Source: Macrostomum lignano
Lineage: Eukaryota
Assembly: GCA_002269645.1 (NCBI GenBank)
Contig: NIVC01003538.1
Location: 1 to 61,303, forward strand
Direction of reading: 5' to 3'
Length of the DNA: 61,303 bases
This document shows, piece after piece, positions 23,095 through 37,500 of the stretch. Each line of letters begins with the position of its first letter. Position 1 is the first letter of the stretch. The notes under the pieces were generated by a model that was not told where the DNA came from, ran no database searches, and was given only the letters and a program-made list of their open reading frames with translations. The translations under genes were made by a program, and so were the position numbers.

Positions 23095-23470
23095 AAGTCT
23101 CCAACTCCTATCAAGTTGTTGTCAATGCCAGACAATCAGCTTGAGGCAATTCAGTCAGCAGCTTCTATACTACTCATCTGCTAGTAGGATCAGTAGTAGT
23201 ATAAACGAATGGCGTATTGCATTTGTATTAGGCAAGCCAGGCAGTGGAAAGGGCACTCAAGGTCAGCTCTTGGCCAGTCGTCTGGGCCTTCACCATCTGT
23301 CAGCTGGAGAGCTGCTGAGAAGTGAACTAAAGCGCCTGTCTGACACACCAACTGGTCAGGACATTGCAAACCGAATGCTCACTGGCAAGATTGTACCGTC
23401 CGAGATCACTTGTCGGTTATTGTTGGATAACATGGCTGCCAGTGCTGTCAGTAGCGGTGCTTGTAAAACA
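23095..23470 (+). CDS. CMPK1: UMP-CMP kinase (adenylate kinase family), coding exon; start codon not located
   Basis: FVLGKPGSGKGTQ P-loop, HLSAGELLRSE, GKIVPSEIT; donor GTAAGT at 23471; putative acceptor AG at 23093-23094. Confidence 0.8.
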
Positions 23471-23559
23471 GTAAGTAAGTCTATTTGCATTATTTTTGTA
23501 TTAGAGTTTTGGTAAGTATAATTGAATCTTAGTTGAGGCAAATCTTCCGGTTTTGCGCC

Positions 23560-24100
23560 CTAGATCTAGAATCAGATCTCAGAATCTCACCCTAGATCTA
23601 GAATCAGGTCTCTAAATCTCACCCTAGATCTCGAATCAGCTCTCATAATCTCACCCTAGATCTAGAATCAGATCTTAGAATCTCACCCTAGATCTAGAAT
23701 CAGATCTCTGAATCTCACCCTAGATCTAGAATCAGATCTCTGAATCTCACCCTAGATCTAGAATCAGATCTCACAACCTCACCCTAGATCTATAATCAGG
23801 TCTCAAAATCTCACCCTAGATCTCGAATCAGCTCTCATAATCTCACCCTAGATCTCGAATCAGCTCTCATAATCTCACCCTAGATCTAGAATCAGGTCTC
23901 AAAATCTCACCCTAGATCTCGAATCAGCTCTCATAATCTCACCCTAGATCTAGAATCAGCTCTCTGAATCTCACCCTAGATCTAGAATCAGCTCTCATAA
24001 TCTCACCCTAGATCTAGAATTAGATCTCAGAATCTCACCCTAGATCTAGAATCAGCTCTCAGAATCTCACCTTAGATCTAGTATCAGATCTCTGAATCTC
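23560..24100. repeat. ~32-bp minisatellite in the kinase intron, ~17 copies
   Basis: CAGATCTCTGAATCTCACCCTAGATCTAGAAT units. Confidence 0.9.
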
Positions 24101-24138
24101 ACTCTACAAAACCTTTCCATTGACTGTAATGCCAGCAG

Positions 24139-24519
24139 GCAGCCAGCTTCATAATTGATGGATTTCCGCGCAATCTGGACAATTGGCTTGGCTGGCAAGG
24201 GTGCTGCCCACCTGACAGCGTCAGTAATGCAGCAGATTTGCCAGCGAACCTGTCAGTAGCCGGCGTGCTACTGTTTGATGTGTCAGACGAAACCTGTTTG
24301 AGTCGATGCCTTGAGCGCTCCGGCAGCGTCGGTGTCGGATGTCGAGCCGACGACAATGCGACAACTTTAGCCAAGAGATTGCAGTCGTACTCGGCCGATA
24401 CGGAGCCTGTAGTTGGAGAGTTTCAGCGGCTGGGTCTGCTTCATCGGATTGATGCCAGCGGAGGTGTGGAAACGGTCTATCAACTGGCCAAGTTGGCTTG
24501 CGAGAAAATGCGGTTGTGA
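24139..24519 (+). CDS. CMPK1: UMP-CMP kinase, last coding exon
   Basis: Acceptor CAG at 24136-24138, phase 0; FIIDGFPRNLDNWLGW, R.DDN..T..KRL..Y, HRIDASG; stop TGA at 24517-24519. Confidence 0.85.
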   Translation, partial: AASFIIDGFPRNLDNWLGWQGCCPPDSVSNAADLPANLSVAGVLLFDVSDETCLSRCLERSGSVGVGCRADDNATTLAKRLQSYSADTEPVVGEFQRLGLLHRIDASGGVETVYQLAKLACEKMRL

Positions 24520-24629
24520 ATTTATTTGTAGAATTTGACATTTTAGGAGAAGCTGAATTGCTTGGAGTTGATTTTTAGCTTTAGCTATAAGATTGAAGTC
24601 TTGTTGTTTAACTGAGAGAATATCATAGA

Positions 24630-27545
24630 TTATATCAGTGAGAATGGCTCTAATCTCATAGATTATCAGTGAGAATGGCTCTAATCTTATAGATTATCAG
24701 TGAGTATGGCTCTAATCTCATAGATTATCAGTGAGAATGGCTCTAATCTCATAGATTATCAGTGAGAATGGCTCTAATCTCATAGATTATCAGTGAGAAT
24801 GGCTCTAATCTCATAGATTATATCAGTGAGTATGGCTCTAATCTCATAGATTATCAGTGAGAATGGCTCTAATCTCATATATTATCAGTGAGAATGGCTC
24901 TAATCTCATAGATTATCAGTGAGAATGGCTCTAATCTTATAGATTATCAGTGAGAATGGCTCTAACATCATAGATTTTTTATCAATGAGAATGGCTCTAA
25001 TCTCATGGATTATCAACGGGAATGGCTCTAATCTCACAGATTATCAACGGGAATGGCTCTAATCTCACAGATTATCAGTGAGAATGGCTCTAATCTCATA
25101 GATTATCAGTGAGAATGGCTCTAATCTCATAGATTATCAGTGAGAATGGCTCTAATCTCATAGATTATCAGTGAGTATGGCTCTAATCTCATAGATTATA
25201 TCAGTGAGTATGGCTCTAATCTCATAGATTATATCAGTGAGAATGGCTCTAATCTCATAGATTATCAGTGAGAATGGCTCTAATCTCATAGATTATCAGT
25301 GAGAATGGCTCTAATCTCATAGATTATCAGTGAGTATGGCTCTAATCTCATAGATTATATCAGTGAGTATGGCTCTAATCTCATAGATTATATCAGTGAG
25401 AATGGCTCTAATCTCATAGATTATCAGTGAGAATGGCTCTAATCTCATGGATTATCAACGGGAATGGCTCTAATCTCATAGATTATCAGTGAGAATGGCT
25501 CTAATCTCATGGATTATCAGTGAGAATGGCTCTAATCTCATGGATTATCAGTGAGAATGGCTCTAATCTCATGGATTATCAGTGAGAATGGCTCTAATCT
25601 CATGGATTATCAGTGAGAATGGCTCTAATCTCATGGATTATCAGTGAGAATGGCTCTAATCTCATGGATTATCAGTGAGAATGGCTCTAATCTCATGGAT
25701 TATCAGTGAGAATGGCACTAATCTCATAGATTATCAACGGGAATGGCTCTAATCTCATAGATTATCAGTGAGAATGGCTCTAATCTCATGGATTATCAGT
25801 GAGAATGGCTCTAATCTCATGGATTATCAGTGAGAATGGCTCTAATCTCATGGATTATCAGTGAGAATGGCTCTAATCTCATAGATTATCAGTGAGAATG
25901 GCACTAATCTATAGATTATCAACGGGAATGGCTCTAATCTCATGGATTATCAGTGAGAATGGCTCTAATCTCATAGATTATCAGTGAGAATGGCTCTAAT
26001 CTCATAGATTATCAGTGAGAATGGCTCTAATCTCATAGATTATCAGTGAGAATGGCTCTAATCTTATAGATTATCAGTGAGAATGGCTCTAATCTCATAG
26101 ATTATCAGTGAGAATGGCTCTAATCTCATAGATTATCAGTGAGAATGGCTCTAATCTCATAGATTATCAGTGAGAATGGCTCTAATCTCATAGATTATCA
26201 GTGAGAATGGCTCTAATCTCATAGATTATCAGTGAGAATGGCTCTAATCTCATAGATTATCAGTGAGAATGGCTCTAATCTCATGGATTATCAGTGAGAA
26301 TGGCTCTAATCTCATAGATTATCAACGGGAATGGCTCTAATCTCATGGATTATCAACGGGAATGGCTCTAATCTCAGATTATCAGTGAGTATGGCTCTAA
26401 TCTCATAGATTATCAACGGGAATGGCTCTAATCTCATGGATTATCAGTGAGAATGGCTCTAATCTCATGGATTATCAGTGAGAATGGCTCTAATCTCATG
26501 GATTATCAGTGAGAATGGCTCTAATCTCATAGATTATCAACGGGAATGGCTCTAATCTCATGGATTATCAGTGAGAATGGCTCTAATCTCATGGATTATC
26601 AGTGAGAATGGCTCTAATCTCATGGATTATCAGTGAGAATGGCTCTAATCTCATGGATTATCAACGGGAATGGCTCTAATCTCATGGATTATCAACGGGA
26701 ATGGCTCTAATCTCAGATTATCAGTGAGTATGGCTCTAATCTCATAGATTATCAACGGGAATGGCTCTAATCTCATAGATTATCAGTGAGAATGGCTCTA
26801 ATCTCATAGATTATCAGTGAGAATGGCTCTAATCTCATAGATTATCAGTGAGAATGGCTCTAATCTCATGGATTATCAGTGAGAATGGCTCTAACATCAT
26901 AGATTATCAGTGAGAATGGCTCTAACATCATAGATTATCAGTGAGAATGGCTCTAATCTCATAGATTATCAGTGAGAATGGCTCTTATCTCAGATTATCA
27001 GTGAGAATGGCTCTAATCTCATGGATTATCAATGAGAATGGCTCTAATCTCATAGATTATCAGTGAGAATGGCTCTAATCTCACAGATTATCAGTGAGAA
27101 TGGCTCTAATCTCATGGATTATCAGTGAGAATGGCTCTAATCTCATGGATTATCAGTGAGAATGGCTCTAATCTCATGGATTATCAGTGAGAATGGCTCT
27201 AATCTCATAGATTTTCAGTGAGAATGGCTCCAATCTCATAGATTATCAGTGAGAATGGCTCCAATCTCATAGATTATCAGTGAGAATGGCTCTAACATCA
27301 TAGATTATCAGTGAGAATGGCTCTAATCTCATGGATTATCAGTGAGAATGGCTCTAATCTCATAGATTATCAGTGAGAATGGCTCTAATCTCATAGATTA
27401 TCAGTGAGAATGGCTCTAATCTCATAGATTATCAGTGAGAATGGCTCTAATCTCATAGATTATCAACGGGAATGGCTCTAATCTCACAGATTATCAGTGA
27501 GAATGGCTCTAATCTCACAGACTATATCAGTGAGAATGGCCCTAA
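24630..27545. repeat. 31-bp minisatellite, ~94 copies, between the kinase and CHORDC1
   Basis: GCTCTAATCTCATAGATTATCAGTGAGAATG units with recurring variants (CATGG, CAACGGG). Confidence 0.95.
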
Positions 27546-27892
27546 AATCAGAGACTACCAATGGGATATCAGAGATTATCAATAGAAATGGCTCTTTAAA
27601 ATACAGTAAAAATTGCTTACACTTACAATGAAGCCGCTGTTAAAAGTCACAAAATTCAGCAATCCTATTTAAAATAAATGATTACTTCTTTGCGTACAAT
27701 TTTCATTTACGAAATTCTATTTAAAAAATAAATACATGATTTAAAACTGTTTGCGTTTGACTAGAAATTGTGTTTATTTTTTATTATTTTACCAAAAAAT
27801 GCCGTCTATACTACTAGTTGAATTTACAGAAAGTAAGTAGCTACATCGAATTGTATTGAATTTCATGCTTAATCAATCTACAATTAATTGCA

Positions 27893-28237
27893 ATGCAATA
27901 CTGCTACAACAAAGGCTGCGATCAGCAGTTCGACCCAACTAAAAACTCGGACAACGCTTGCGTATTTCATCCCGGCGCGCCGGTGTTTCACGATGGCGGC
28001 AAGAAATGGTCCTGCTGCAACAAGAGCTCGGTAGACTTCACCACCTTCCTGCAGATCAAAGGCTGCTCCAAGGGGCCGCATAATCCCGTCAAGCCGCCGC
28101 CTCCACCGAAGCCGGAGAGAAGTGCTGAGATCTACAATGAGCCTGTGCTGGTGCGGAGACCCGCGGAGGCTGCCAGCAATGGAGAGGCTGCCAGTCGGCC
28201 GCCAGTTGATGAAGAAAAATTGCCGCTTAATAAACAG
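27893..28237 (+). CDS. CHORDC1: CHORD-containing protein 1 (Hsp90 co-chaperone), exon 1 (CHORD-I)
   Basis: [11 protein letters not shown].....C.FHPG.PVFHDG.K.WSCC.K...DF..FL.I.GC..G.H; donor CAG|GTGAGG at 28238. Confidence 0.92.
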
Positions 28238-28599
28238 GTGAGGATTCTTAGAATTAAGTGAGGTTTGGGCTCGGGGAATTTGCTATGAAATCGGCCTTTA
28301 AACATTCTTAGAATCATATTAATTCATTTGTAGAATCGCTCTTAGAACATTTTTAGAAGTGCTCGTGAATGTTTCTTAGAAGCATGTTTAACTTATTCTT
28401 AGAATCGCTTTTTAAATGATTCTTAGAATCGCCATTAACTCATTCACAGAACCGAAATATCATTCTTAGAATCATACTTAAATAATTCTTAGAATCATAC
28501 TTAAATCATTCTTAGAATCATAAATAAATCATTCTTAGAATCATACTTAAATCTTTCTTAGAATCATACTTACATCATTCTTAGAATCATAAATAAATC

Positions 28600-31500
28600 T
28601 TTCTTAGAATCGCCCTCAACTCATTCCTATAATCGCCCTTAACTCATTCTTAGAATCGCCCTCAACTCATTCTTAGAATCGCCCTCAACTCATTCTTAGA
28701 ATCGCCCTCAACTCATTCTTAGAATCGCCCTCAACTCATTCTTAGAATCGCCCTCAAGTCATTCTTAGAATCGCCCTCAACTCATTCTTAGAATCGCCCT
28801 TAACCCATTCTTAGAAAGAATCGCCCTCAACTCATTCTTAGAATCGCCCTCAACTCATTCTTAGAATCGCCCTCAACTCATTCTTAGAATCGCCCTCAAC
28901 TCATTCTTAGAATCGCCCTCAACTCATTCTTAGAATCGCCCTCAACTCATTCTTAGAATCGCCCTGAACTCATTCTTAGAATCGCCCTCAACTCATTCTT
29001 AGAATCGCCCTCAACTCATTCTTAGAATCGCCCTCAACTCATTCTTAGAATCGCCCTCAACTCATTCTTAGAATCGCCCTCAACTCATTCTTAGAATCGC
29101 CCTCAACTCATTCTTAGAATCGCCCTCAACTCATTCTTAGAATCGCCCTCAACTCATTCTTAGAATCGCCCTCAACTCATTCTTAGAATCGCCCTCAACT
29201 CATTCTTAGAATCGCCCTCAACTCATTCTTAGAATCGCCCTCAACTCATTCTTAGAATCGCCCTCAACTCATTCTTAGAATCGCCCTCAACTCATTCTTA
29301 GAATCGCCCTCAACTCATTCTTAGAATCGCCCTTAACCATTCTTAGAATCGCCCTCAACTCATTCTTAGAATCGCCCTCAACTCATTCTTAGAATCGCCC
29401 TCAACTCATTCTTAGAATCGCCCTCAACTCATTCTTAGAATCGCCCTCAACTCATTCTTAGAATCGCCCTCAACTCATTCTTAGAATCGCCCTGAACTCA
29501 TTCTTAGAATCGCCCTCAACTCATTCTTAGAATCGCCCTCAACTCATTCTTAGAATCGCCCTCAACTCATTCTTAGAATCGCCCTCAACTCATTCTTAGA
29601 ATCGCCCTCAACTCATTCTTAGAATCGCCCTCAACTCATTCTTAGAATCGCCCTCAACTCATTCTTAGAATCGCCCTCAACTCATTCTTAGAATCGCCCT
29701 CAACTCATTCTTAGAATCGCCCTCAACTCATTCTTAGAATCGCCCTCAACTCATTCTTAGAATCGCCCTCAACTCATTCTTAGAATCGCCCTCAACTCAT
29801 TCTTAGAATCGCCCTCACTCATTCTTAGAATCGCCCTTAACTCATTCTTAGAATCGCCCTCAACTCATTCTTAGAATCGCCCTCAACTCATTCTTAGAAT
29901 CGCCCTCAACTCATTCTTAGAATCGCCCTCAACTCATTCTTAGAATCGCCCTCAACTCATTCTTAGAATCGCCCTCAACTCATTCTTAGAATCGCCCTCA
30001 ACTCATTCTTAGAATCGCCCTCAACTCATTCTTAGAATCGCCCTCAACTCATTCTTAGAATCGCCCTTAACTCATTCTTAGAATCGCCCTTAACTCATTC
30101 TTAGAATCGCCCTCAACTCATTCTTAGAATCGCCCTCAACTCATTCTTAGAATCGCCCTCAACTCATTCTTAGAATCGCCCTCAACTCATTCTTAGAATC
30201 GCCCTCAACTCATTCTTAGAATCGCCCTCAACTCATTCTTAGAATCGCCCTCAACTCATTCTTAGAATCGCCCTTAACTCATTCTTAGAATCGCCCTCAA
30301 CTCATTCTTAGAATCGCCCTTAACTCATTCTTAGAATCGCCCTTAACTCATTCTTAGAATCGCCCTTAACTCATTCTTAGAATCGCCCTCAACTCATTCT
30401 TAGAATCGCCCTCAACTCATTCTTAGAATCGCCCTCAACTCATTCTTAGAATCGCCCTCAACTCATTCTTAGAATCGCCCTCAACTCATTCTTAGAATCG
30501 CCCTCAACTCATTCTTAGAATCGCCCTCAACTCATTCTTAGAATCGCCCTCAACTCATTCTTAGAATCGCCCTCAACTCATTCTTAGAATCGCCCTCAAC
30601 TCATTCTTAGAATCGCCCTCAACTCATTCTTAGAATCGCCCTCAACTCATTCTTAGAATCGCCCTCAACTCATTCTTAGAATCGCCCTCAACTCATTCTT
30701 AGAATCGCCCTCAACTCATTCTTAGAATCGCCCTCAACTCATTCTTAGAATCGCCCTTAACTCATTCTTAGAATCGCCCTCAACTCATTCTTAGAATCGC
30801 CCTCAACTCATTCTTAGAATCGCCCTCAACTCATTCTTAGAATCGCCCTCAACTCATTCTTAGAATCGCCCTCAACTCATTCTTAGAATCGCCCTCAACT
30901 CATTCTTAGAATCGCCCTCAACTCATTCTTAGAATCGCCCTCAACTCATTCTTAGAATCGCCCTCAACTCATTCTTAGAATCGCCCTCAACTCATTCTTA
31001 GAATCGCCCTCAACTCATTCTTAGAATCGCCCTCAACTCATTCTTAGAATCGCCCTCAACTCATTCTTAGAATCGCCCTCAACTCATTCTTAGAATCGCC
31101 CTCAACTCATTCTTAGAATCGCCCTCAACTCATTCTTAGAATCGCCCTCAACTCATTCTTAGAATCGCCCTCAACTCATTCTTAGAATCGCCCTCAACTC
31201 ATTCTTAGAATCGCCCTCAACTCATTCTTAGAATCGCCCTCAACTCATTCTTAGAATCGCCCTCAACTCATTCTTAGAATCGCCCTCAACTCATTCTTAG
31301 AATCGCCCTCAACTCATTCTTAGAATCGCCCTCAACTCATTCTTAGAATCGCCCTCAACTCATTCTTAGAATCGCCCTCAACTCATTCTTAGAATCGCCC
31401 TCAACTCATTCTTAGAATCGCCCTCAACTCATTCTTAGAATCGCCCTCAACTCATTCTTAGAATCGCCCTCAACTCATTCTTAGAATCGCCCTCAACTCA

Positions 31501-34500
31501 TTCTTAGAATCGCCCTCAACTCATTCTTAGAATCGCCCTCAACTCATTCTTAGAATCGCCCTCAACTCATTCTTAGAATCGCCCTCAACTCATTCTTAGA
31601 ATCGCCCTCAACTCATTCTTAGAATCGCCCTCAACTCATTCTTAGAATCGCCCTCAACTCATTCTTAGAATCGCCCTCAACTCATTCTTAGAATCGCCCT
31701 CAACTCATTCTTAGAATCGCCCTCAACTCATTCTTAGAATCGCCCTCAACTCATTCTTAGAATCGCCCTCAACTCATTCTTAGAATCGCCCTCAACTCAT
31801 TCTTAGAATCGCCCTCAACTCATTCTTAGAATCGCCCTCAACTCATTCTTAGAATCGCCCTCAACTCATTCTTAGAATCGCCCTCAACTCATTCTTAGAA
31901 TCGCCCTCAACTCATTCTTAGAATCGCCCTCAACTCATTCTTAGAATCGCCCTCAACTCATTCTTAGAATCGCCCTCAACTCATTCTTAGAATCGCCCTC
32001 AACTCATTCTTAGAATCGCCCTCAACTCATTCTTAGAATCGCCCTCAACTCATTCTTAGAATCGCCCTCAACTCATTCTTAGAATCGCCCTCAACTCATT
32101 CTTAGAATCGCCCTCAACTCATTCTTAGAATCGCCCTCAACTCATTCTTAGAATCGCCCTCAACTCATTCTTAGAATCGCCCTCAACTCATTCTTAGAAT
32201 CGCCCTCAACTCATTCTTAGAATCGCCCTCAACTCATTCTTAGAATCGCCCTCAACTCATTCTTAGAATCGCCCTCAACTCATTCTTAGAATCGCCCTCA
32301 ACTCATTCTTAGAATCGCCCTCAACTCATTCTTAGAATCGCCCTCAACTCATTCTTAGAATCGCCCTCAACTCATTCTTAGAATCGCCCTCAACTCATTC
32401 TTAGAATCGCCCTCAACTCATTCTTAGAATCGCCCTCAACTCATTCTTAGAATCGCCCTCAACTCATTCTTAGAATCGCCCTCAACTCATTCTTAGAATC
32501 GCCCTCAACTCATTCTTAGAATCGCCCTCAACTCATTCTTAGAATCGCCCTCAACTCATTCTTAGAATCGCCCTCAACTCATTCTTAGAATCGCCCTCAA
32601 CTCATTCTTAGAATCGCCCTCAACTCATTCTTAGAATCGCCCTCAACTCATTCTTAGAATCGCCCTCAACTCATTCTTAGAATCGCCCTCAACTCATTCT
32701 TAGAATCGCCCTCAACTCATTCTTAGAATCGCCCTCAACTCATTCTTAGAATCGCCCTCAACTCATTCTTAGAATCGCCCTCAACTCATTCTTAGAATCG
32801 CCCTCAACTCATTCTTAGAATCGCCCTCAACTCATTCTTAGAATCGCCCTCAACTCATTCTTAGAATCGCCCTCAACTCATTCTTAGAATCGCCCTCAAC
32901 TCATTCTTAGAATCGCCCTCAACTCATTCTTAGAATCGCCCTCAACTCATTCTTAGAATCGCCCTCAACTCATTCTTAGAATCGCCCTCAACTCATTCTT
33001 AGAATCGCCCTCAACTCATTCTTAGAATCGCCCTCAACTCATTCTTAGAATCGCCCTCAACTCATTCTTAGAATCGCCCTCAACTCATTCTTAGAATCGC
33101 CCTCAACTCATTCTTAGAATCGCCCTCAACTCATTCTTAGAATCGCCCTCAACTCATTCTTAGAATCGCCCTCAACTCATTCTTAGAATCGCCCTCAACT
33201 CATTCTTAGAATCGCCCTCAACTCATTCTTAGAATCGCCCTCAACTCATTCTTAGAATCGCCCTCAACTCATTCTTAGAATCGCCCTCAACTCATTCTTA
33301 GAATCGCCCTCAACTCATTCTTAGAATCGCCCTCAACTCATTCTTAGAATCGCCCTCAACTCATTCTTAGAATCGCCCTCAACTCATTCTTAGAATCGCC
33401 CTCAACTCATTCTTAGAATCGCCCTCAACTCATTCTTAGAATCGCCCTCAACTCATTCTTAGAATCGCCCTCAACTCATTCTTAGAATCGCCCTCAACTC
33501 ATTCTTAGAATCGCCCTCAACTCATTCTTAGAATCGCCCTCAACTCATTCTTAGAATCGCCCTCAACTCATTCTTAGAATCGCCCTCAACTCATTCTTAG
33601 AATCGCCCTCAACTCATTCTTAGAATCGCCCTCAACTCATTCTTAGAATCGCCCTCAACTCATTCTTAGAATCGCCCTCAACTCATTCTTAGAATCGCCC
33701 TCAACTCATTCTTAGAATCGCCCTCAACTCATTCTTAGAATCGCCCTCAACTCATTCTTAGAATCGCCCTCAACTCATTCTTAGAATCGCCCTCAACTCA
33801 TTCTTAGAATCGCCCTCAACTCATTCTTAGAATCGCCCTCAACTCATTCTTAGAATCGCCCTCAACTCATTCTTAGAATCGCCCTCAACTCATTCTTAGA
33901 ATCGCCCTCAACTCATTCTTAGAATCGCCCTCAACTCATTCTTAGAATCGCCCTCAACTCATTCTTAGAATCGCCCTCAACTCATTCTTAGAATCGCCCT
34001 CAACTCATTCTTAGAATCGCCCTCAACTCATTCTTAGAATCGCCCTCAACTCATTCTTAGAATCGCCCTCAACTCATTCTTAGAATCGCCCTCAACTCAT
34101 TCTTAGAATCGCCCTCAACTCATTCTTAGAATCGCCCTCAACTCATTCTTAGAATCGCCCTCAACTCATTCTTAGAATCGCCCTCAACTCATTCTTAGAA
34201 TCGCCCTCAACTCATTCTTAGAATCGCCCTCAACTCATTCTTAGAATCGCCCTCAACTCATTCTTAGAATCGCCCTCAACTCATTCTTAGAATCGCCCTC
34301 AACTCATTCTTAGAATCGCCCTCAACTCATTCTTAGAATCGCCCTCAACTCATTCTTAGAATCGCCCTCAACTCATTCTTAGAATCGCCCTCAACTCATT
34401 CTTAGAATCGCCCTCAACTCATTCTTAGAATCGCCCTCAACTCATTCTTAGAATCGCCCTCAACTCATTCTTAGAATCGCCCTCAACTCATTCTTAGAAT

Positions 34501-37500
34501 CGCCCTCAACTCATTCTTAGAATCGCCCTCAACTCATTCTTAGAATCGCCCTCAACTCATTCTTAGAATCGCCCTCAACTCATTCTTAGAATCGCCCTCA
34601 ACTCATTCTTAGAATCGCCCTCAACTCATTCTTAGAATCGCCCTCAACTCATTCTTAGAATCGCCCTCAACTCATTCTTAGAATCGCCCTCAACTCATTC
34701 TTAGAATCGCCCTCAACTCATTCTTAGAATCGCCCTCAACTCATTCTTAGAATCGCCCTCAACTCATTCTTAGAATCGCCCTCAACTCATTCTTAGAATC
34801 GCCCTCAACTCATTCTTAGAATCGCCCTCAACTCATTCTTAGAATCGCCCTCAACTCATTCTTAGAATCGCCCTCAACTCATTCTTAGAATCGCCCTCAA
34901 CTCATTCTTAGAATCGCCCTCAACTCATTCTTAGAATCGCCCTCAACTCATTCTTAGAATCGCCCTCAACTCATTCTTAGAATCGCCCTCAACTCATTCT
35001 TAGAATCGCCCTCAACTCATTCTTAGAATCGCCCTCAACTCATTCTTAGAATCGCCCTCAACTCATTCTTAGAATCGCCCTCAACTCATTCTTAGAATCG
35101 CCCTCAACTCATTCTTAGAATCGCCCTCAACTCATTCTTAGAATCGCCCTCAACTCATTCTTAGAATCGCCCTCAACTCATTCTTAGAATCGCCCTCAAC
35201 TCATTCTTAGAATCGCCCTCAACTCATTCTTAGAATCGCCCTCAACTCATTCTTAGAATCGCCCTCAACTCATTCTTAGAATCGCCCTCAACTCATTCTT
35301 AGAATCGCCCTCAACTCATTCTTAGAATCGCCCTCAACTCATTCTTAGAATCGCCCTCAACTCATTCTTAGAATCGCCCTCAACTCATTCTTAGAATCGC
35401 CCTCAACTCATTCTTAGAATCGCCCTCAACTCATTCTTAGAATCGCCCTCAACTCATTCTTAGAATCGCCCTCAACTCATTCTTAGAATCGCCCTCAACT
35501 CATTCTTAGAATCGCCCTCAACTCATTCTTAGAATCGCCCTCAACTCATTCTTAGAATCGCCCTCAACTCATTCTTAGAATCGCCCTCAACTCATTCTTA
35601 GAATCGCCCTCAACTCATTCTTAGAATCGCCCTCAACTCATTCTTAGAATCGCCCTCAACTCATTCTTAGAATCGCCCTCAACTCATTCTTAGAATCGCC
35701 CTCAACTCATTCTTAGAATCGCCCTCAACTCATTCTTAGAATCGCCCTCAACTCATTCTTAGAATCGCCCTCAACTCATTCTTAGAATCGCCCTCAACTC
35801 ATTCTTAGAATCGCCCTCAACTCATTCTTAGAATCGCCCTCAACTCATTCTTAGAATCGCCCTCAACTCATTCTTAGAATCGCCCTCAACTCATTCTTAG
35901 AATCGCCCTCAACTCATTCTTAGAATCGCCCTCAACTCATTCTTAGAATCGCCCTCAACTCATTCTTAGAATCGCCCTCAACTCATTCTTAGAATCGCCC
36001 TCAACTCATTCTTAGAATCGCCCTCAACTCATTCTTAGAATCGCCCTCAACTCATTCTTAGAATCGCCCTCAACTCATTCTTAGAATCGCCCTCAACTCA
36101 TTCTTAGAATCGCCCTCAACTCATTCTTAGAATCGCCCTCAACTCATTCTTAGAATCGCCCTCAACTCATTCTTAGAATCGCCCTCAACTCATTCTTAGA
36201 ATCGCCCTCAACTCATTCTTAGAATCGCCCTCAACTCATTCTTAGAATCGCCCTCAACTCATTCTTAGAATCGCCCTCAACTCATTCTTAGAATCGCCCT
36301 CAACTCATTCTTAGAATCGCCCTCAACTCATTCTTAGAATCGCCCTCAACTCATTCTTAGAATCGCCCTCAACTCATTCTTAGAATCGCCCTCAACTCAT
36401 TCTTAGAATCGCCCTCAACTCATTCTTAGAATCGCCCTCAACTCATTCTTAGAATCGCCCTCAACTCATTCTTAGAATCGCCCTCAACTCATTCTTAGAA
36501 TCGCCCTCAACTCATTCTTAGAATCGCCCTCAACTCATTCTTAGAATCGCCCTCAACTCATTCTTAGAATCGCCCTCAACTCATTCTTAGAATCGCCCTC
36601 AACTCATTCTTAGAATCGCCCTCAACTCATTCTTAGAATCGCCCTCAACTCATTCTTAGAATCGCCCTCAACTCATTCTTAGAATCGCCCTCAACTCATT
36701 CTTAGAATCGCCCTCAACTCATTCTTAGAATCGCCCTCAACTCATTCTTAGAATCGCCCTCAACTCATTCTTAGAATCGCCCTCAACTCATTCTTAGAAT
36801 CGCCCTCAACTCATTCTTAGAATCGCCCTCAACTCATTCTTAGAATCGCCCTCAACTCATTCTTAGAATCGCCCTCAACTCATTCTTAGAATCGCCCTCA
36901 ACTCATTCTTAGAATCGCCCTCAACTCATTCTTAGAATCGCCCTCAACTCATTCTTAGAATCGCCCTCAACTCATTCTTAGAATCGCCCTCAACTCATTC
37001 TTAGAATCGCCCTCAACTCATTCTTAGAATCGCCCTCAACTCATTCTTAGAATCGCCCTCAACTCATTCTTAGAATCGCCCTCAACTCATTCTTAGAATC
37101 GCCCTCAACTCATTCTTAGAATCGCCCTCAACTCATTCTTAGAATCGCCCTCAACTCATTCTTAGAATCGCCCTCAACTCATTCTTAGAATCGCCCTCAA
37201 CTCATTCTTAGAATCGCCCTCAACTCATTCTTAGAATCGCCCTCAACTCATTCTTAGAATCGCCCTCAACTCATTCTTAGAATCGCCCTCAACTCATTCT
37301 TAGAATCGCCCTCAACTCATTCTTAGAATCGCCCTCAACTCATTCTTAGAATCGCCCTCAACTCATTCTTAGAATCGCCCTCAACTCATTCTTAGAATCG
37401 CCCTCAACTCATTCTTAGAATCGCCCTCAACTCATTCTTAGAATCGCCCTCAACTCATTCTTAGAATCGCCCTCAACTCATTCTTAGAATCGCCCTCAAC

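Noticed and set aside
27799-27840. Possible upstream coding exon for CHORDC1 (ATG...GAAA|GTAAGT)
   Set aside because: No AG acceptor before 27893, and MQYCYNKGC already matches the usual CHORD-I start.
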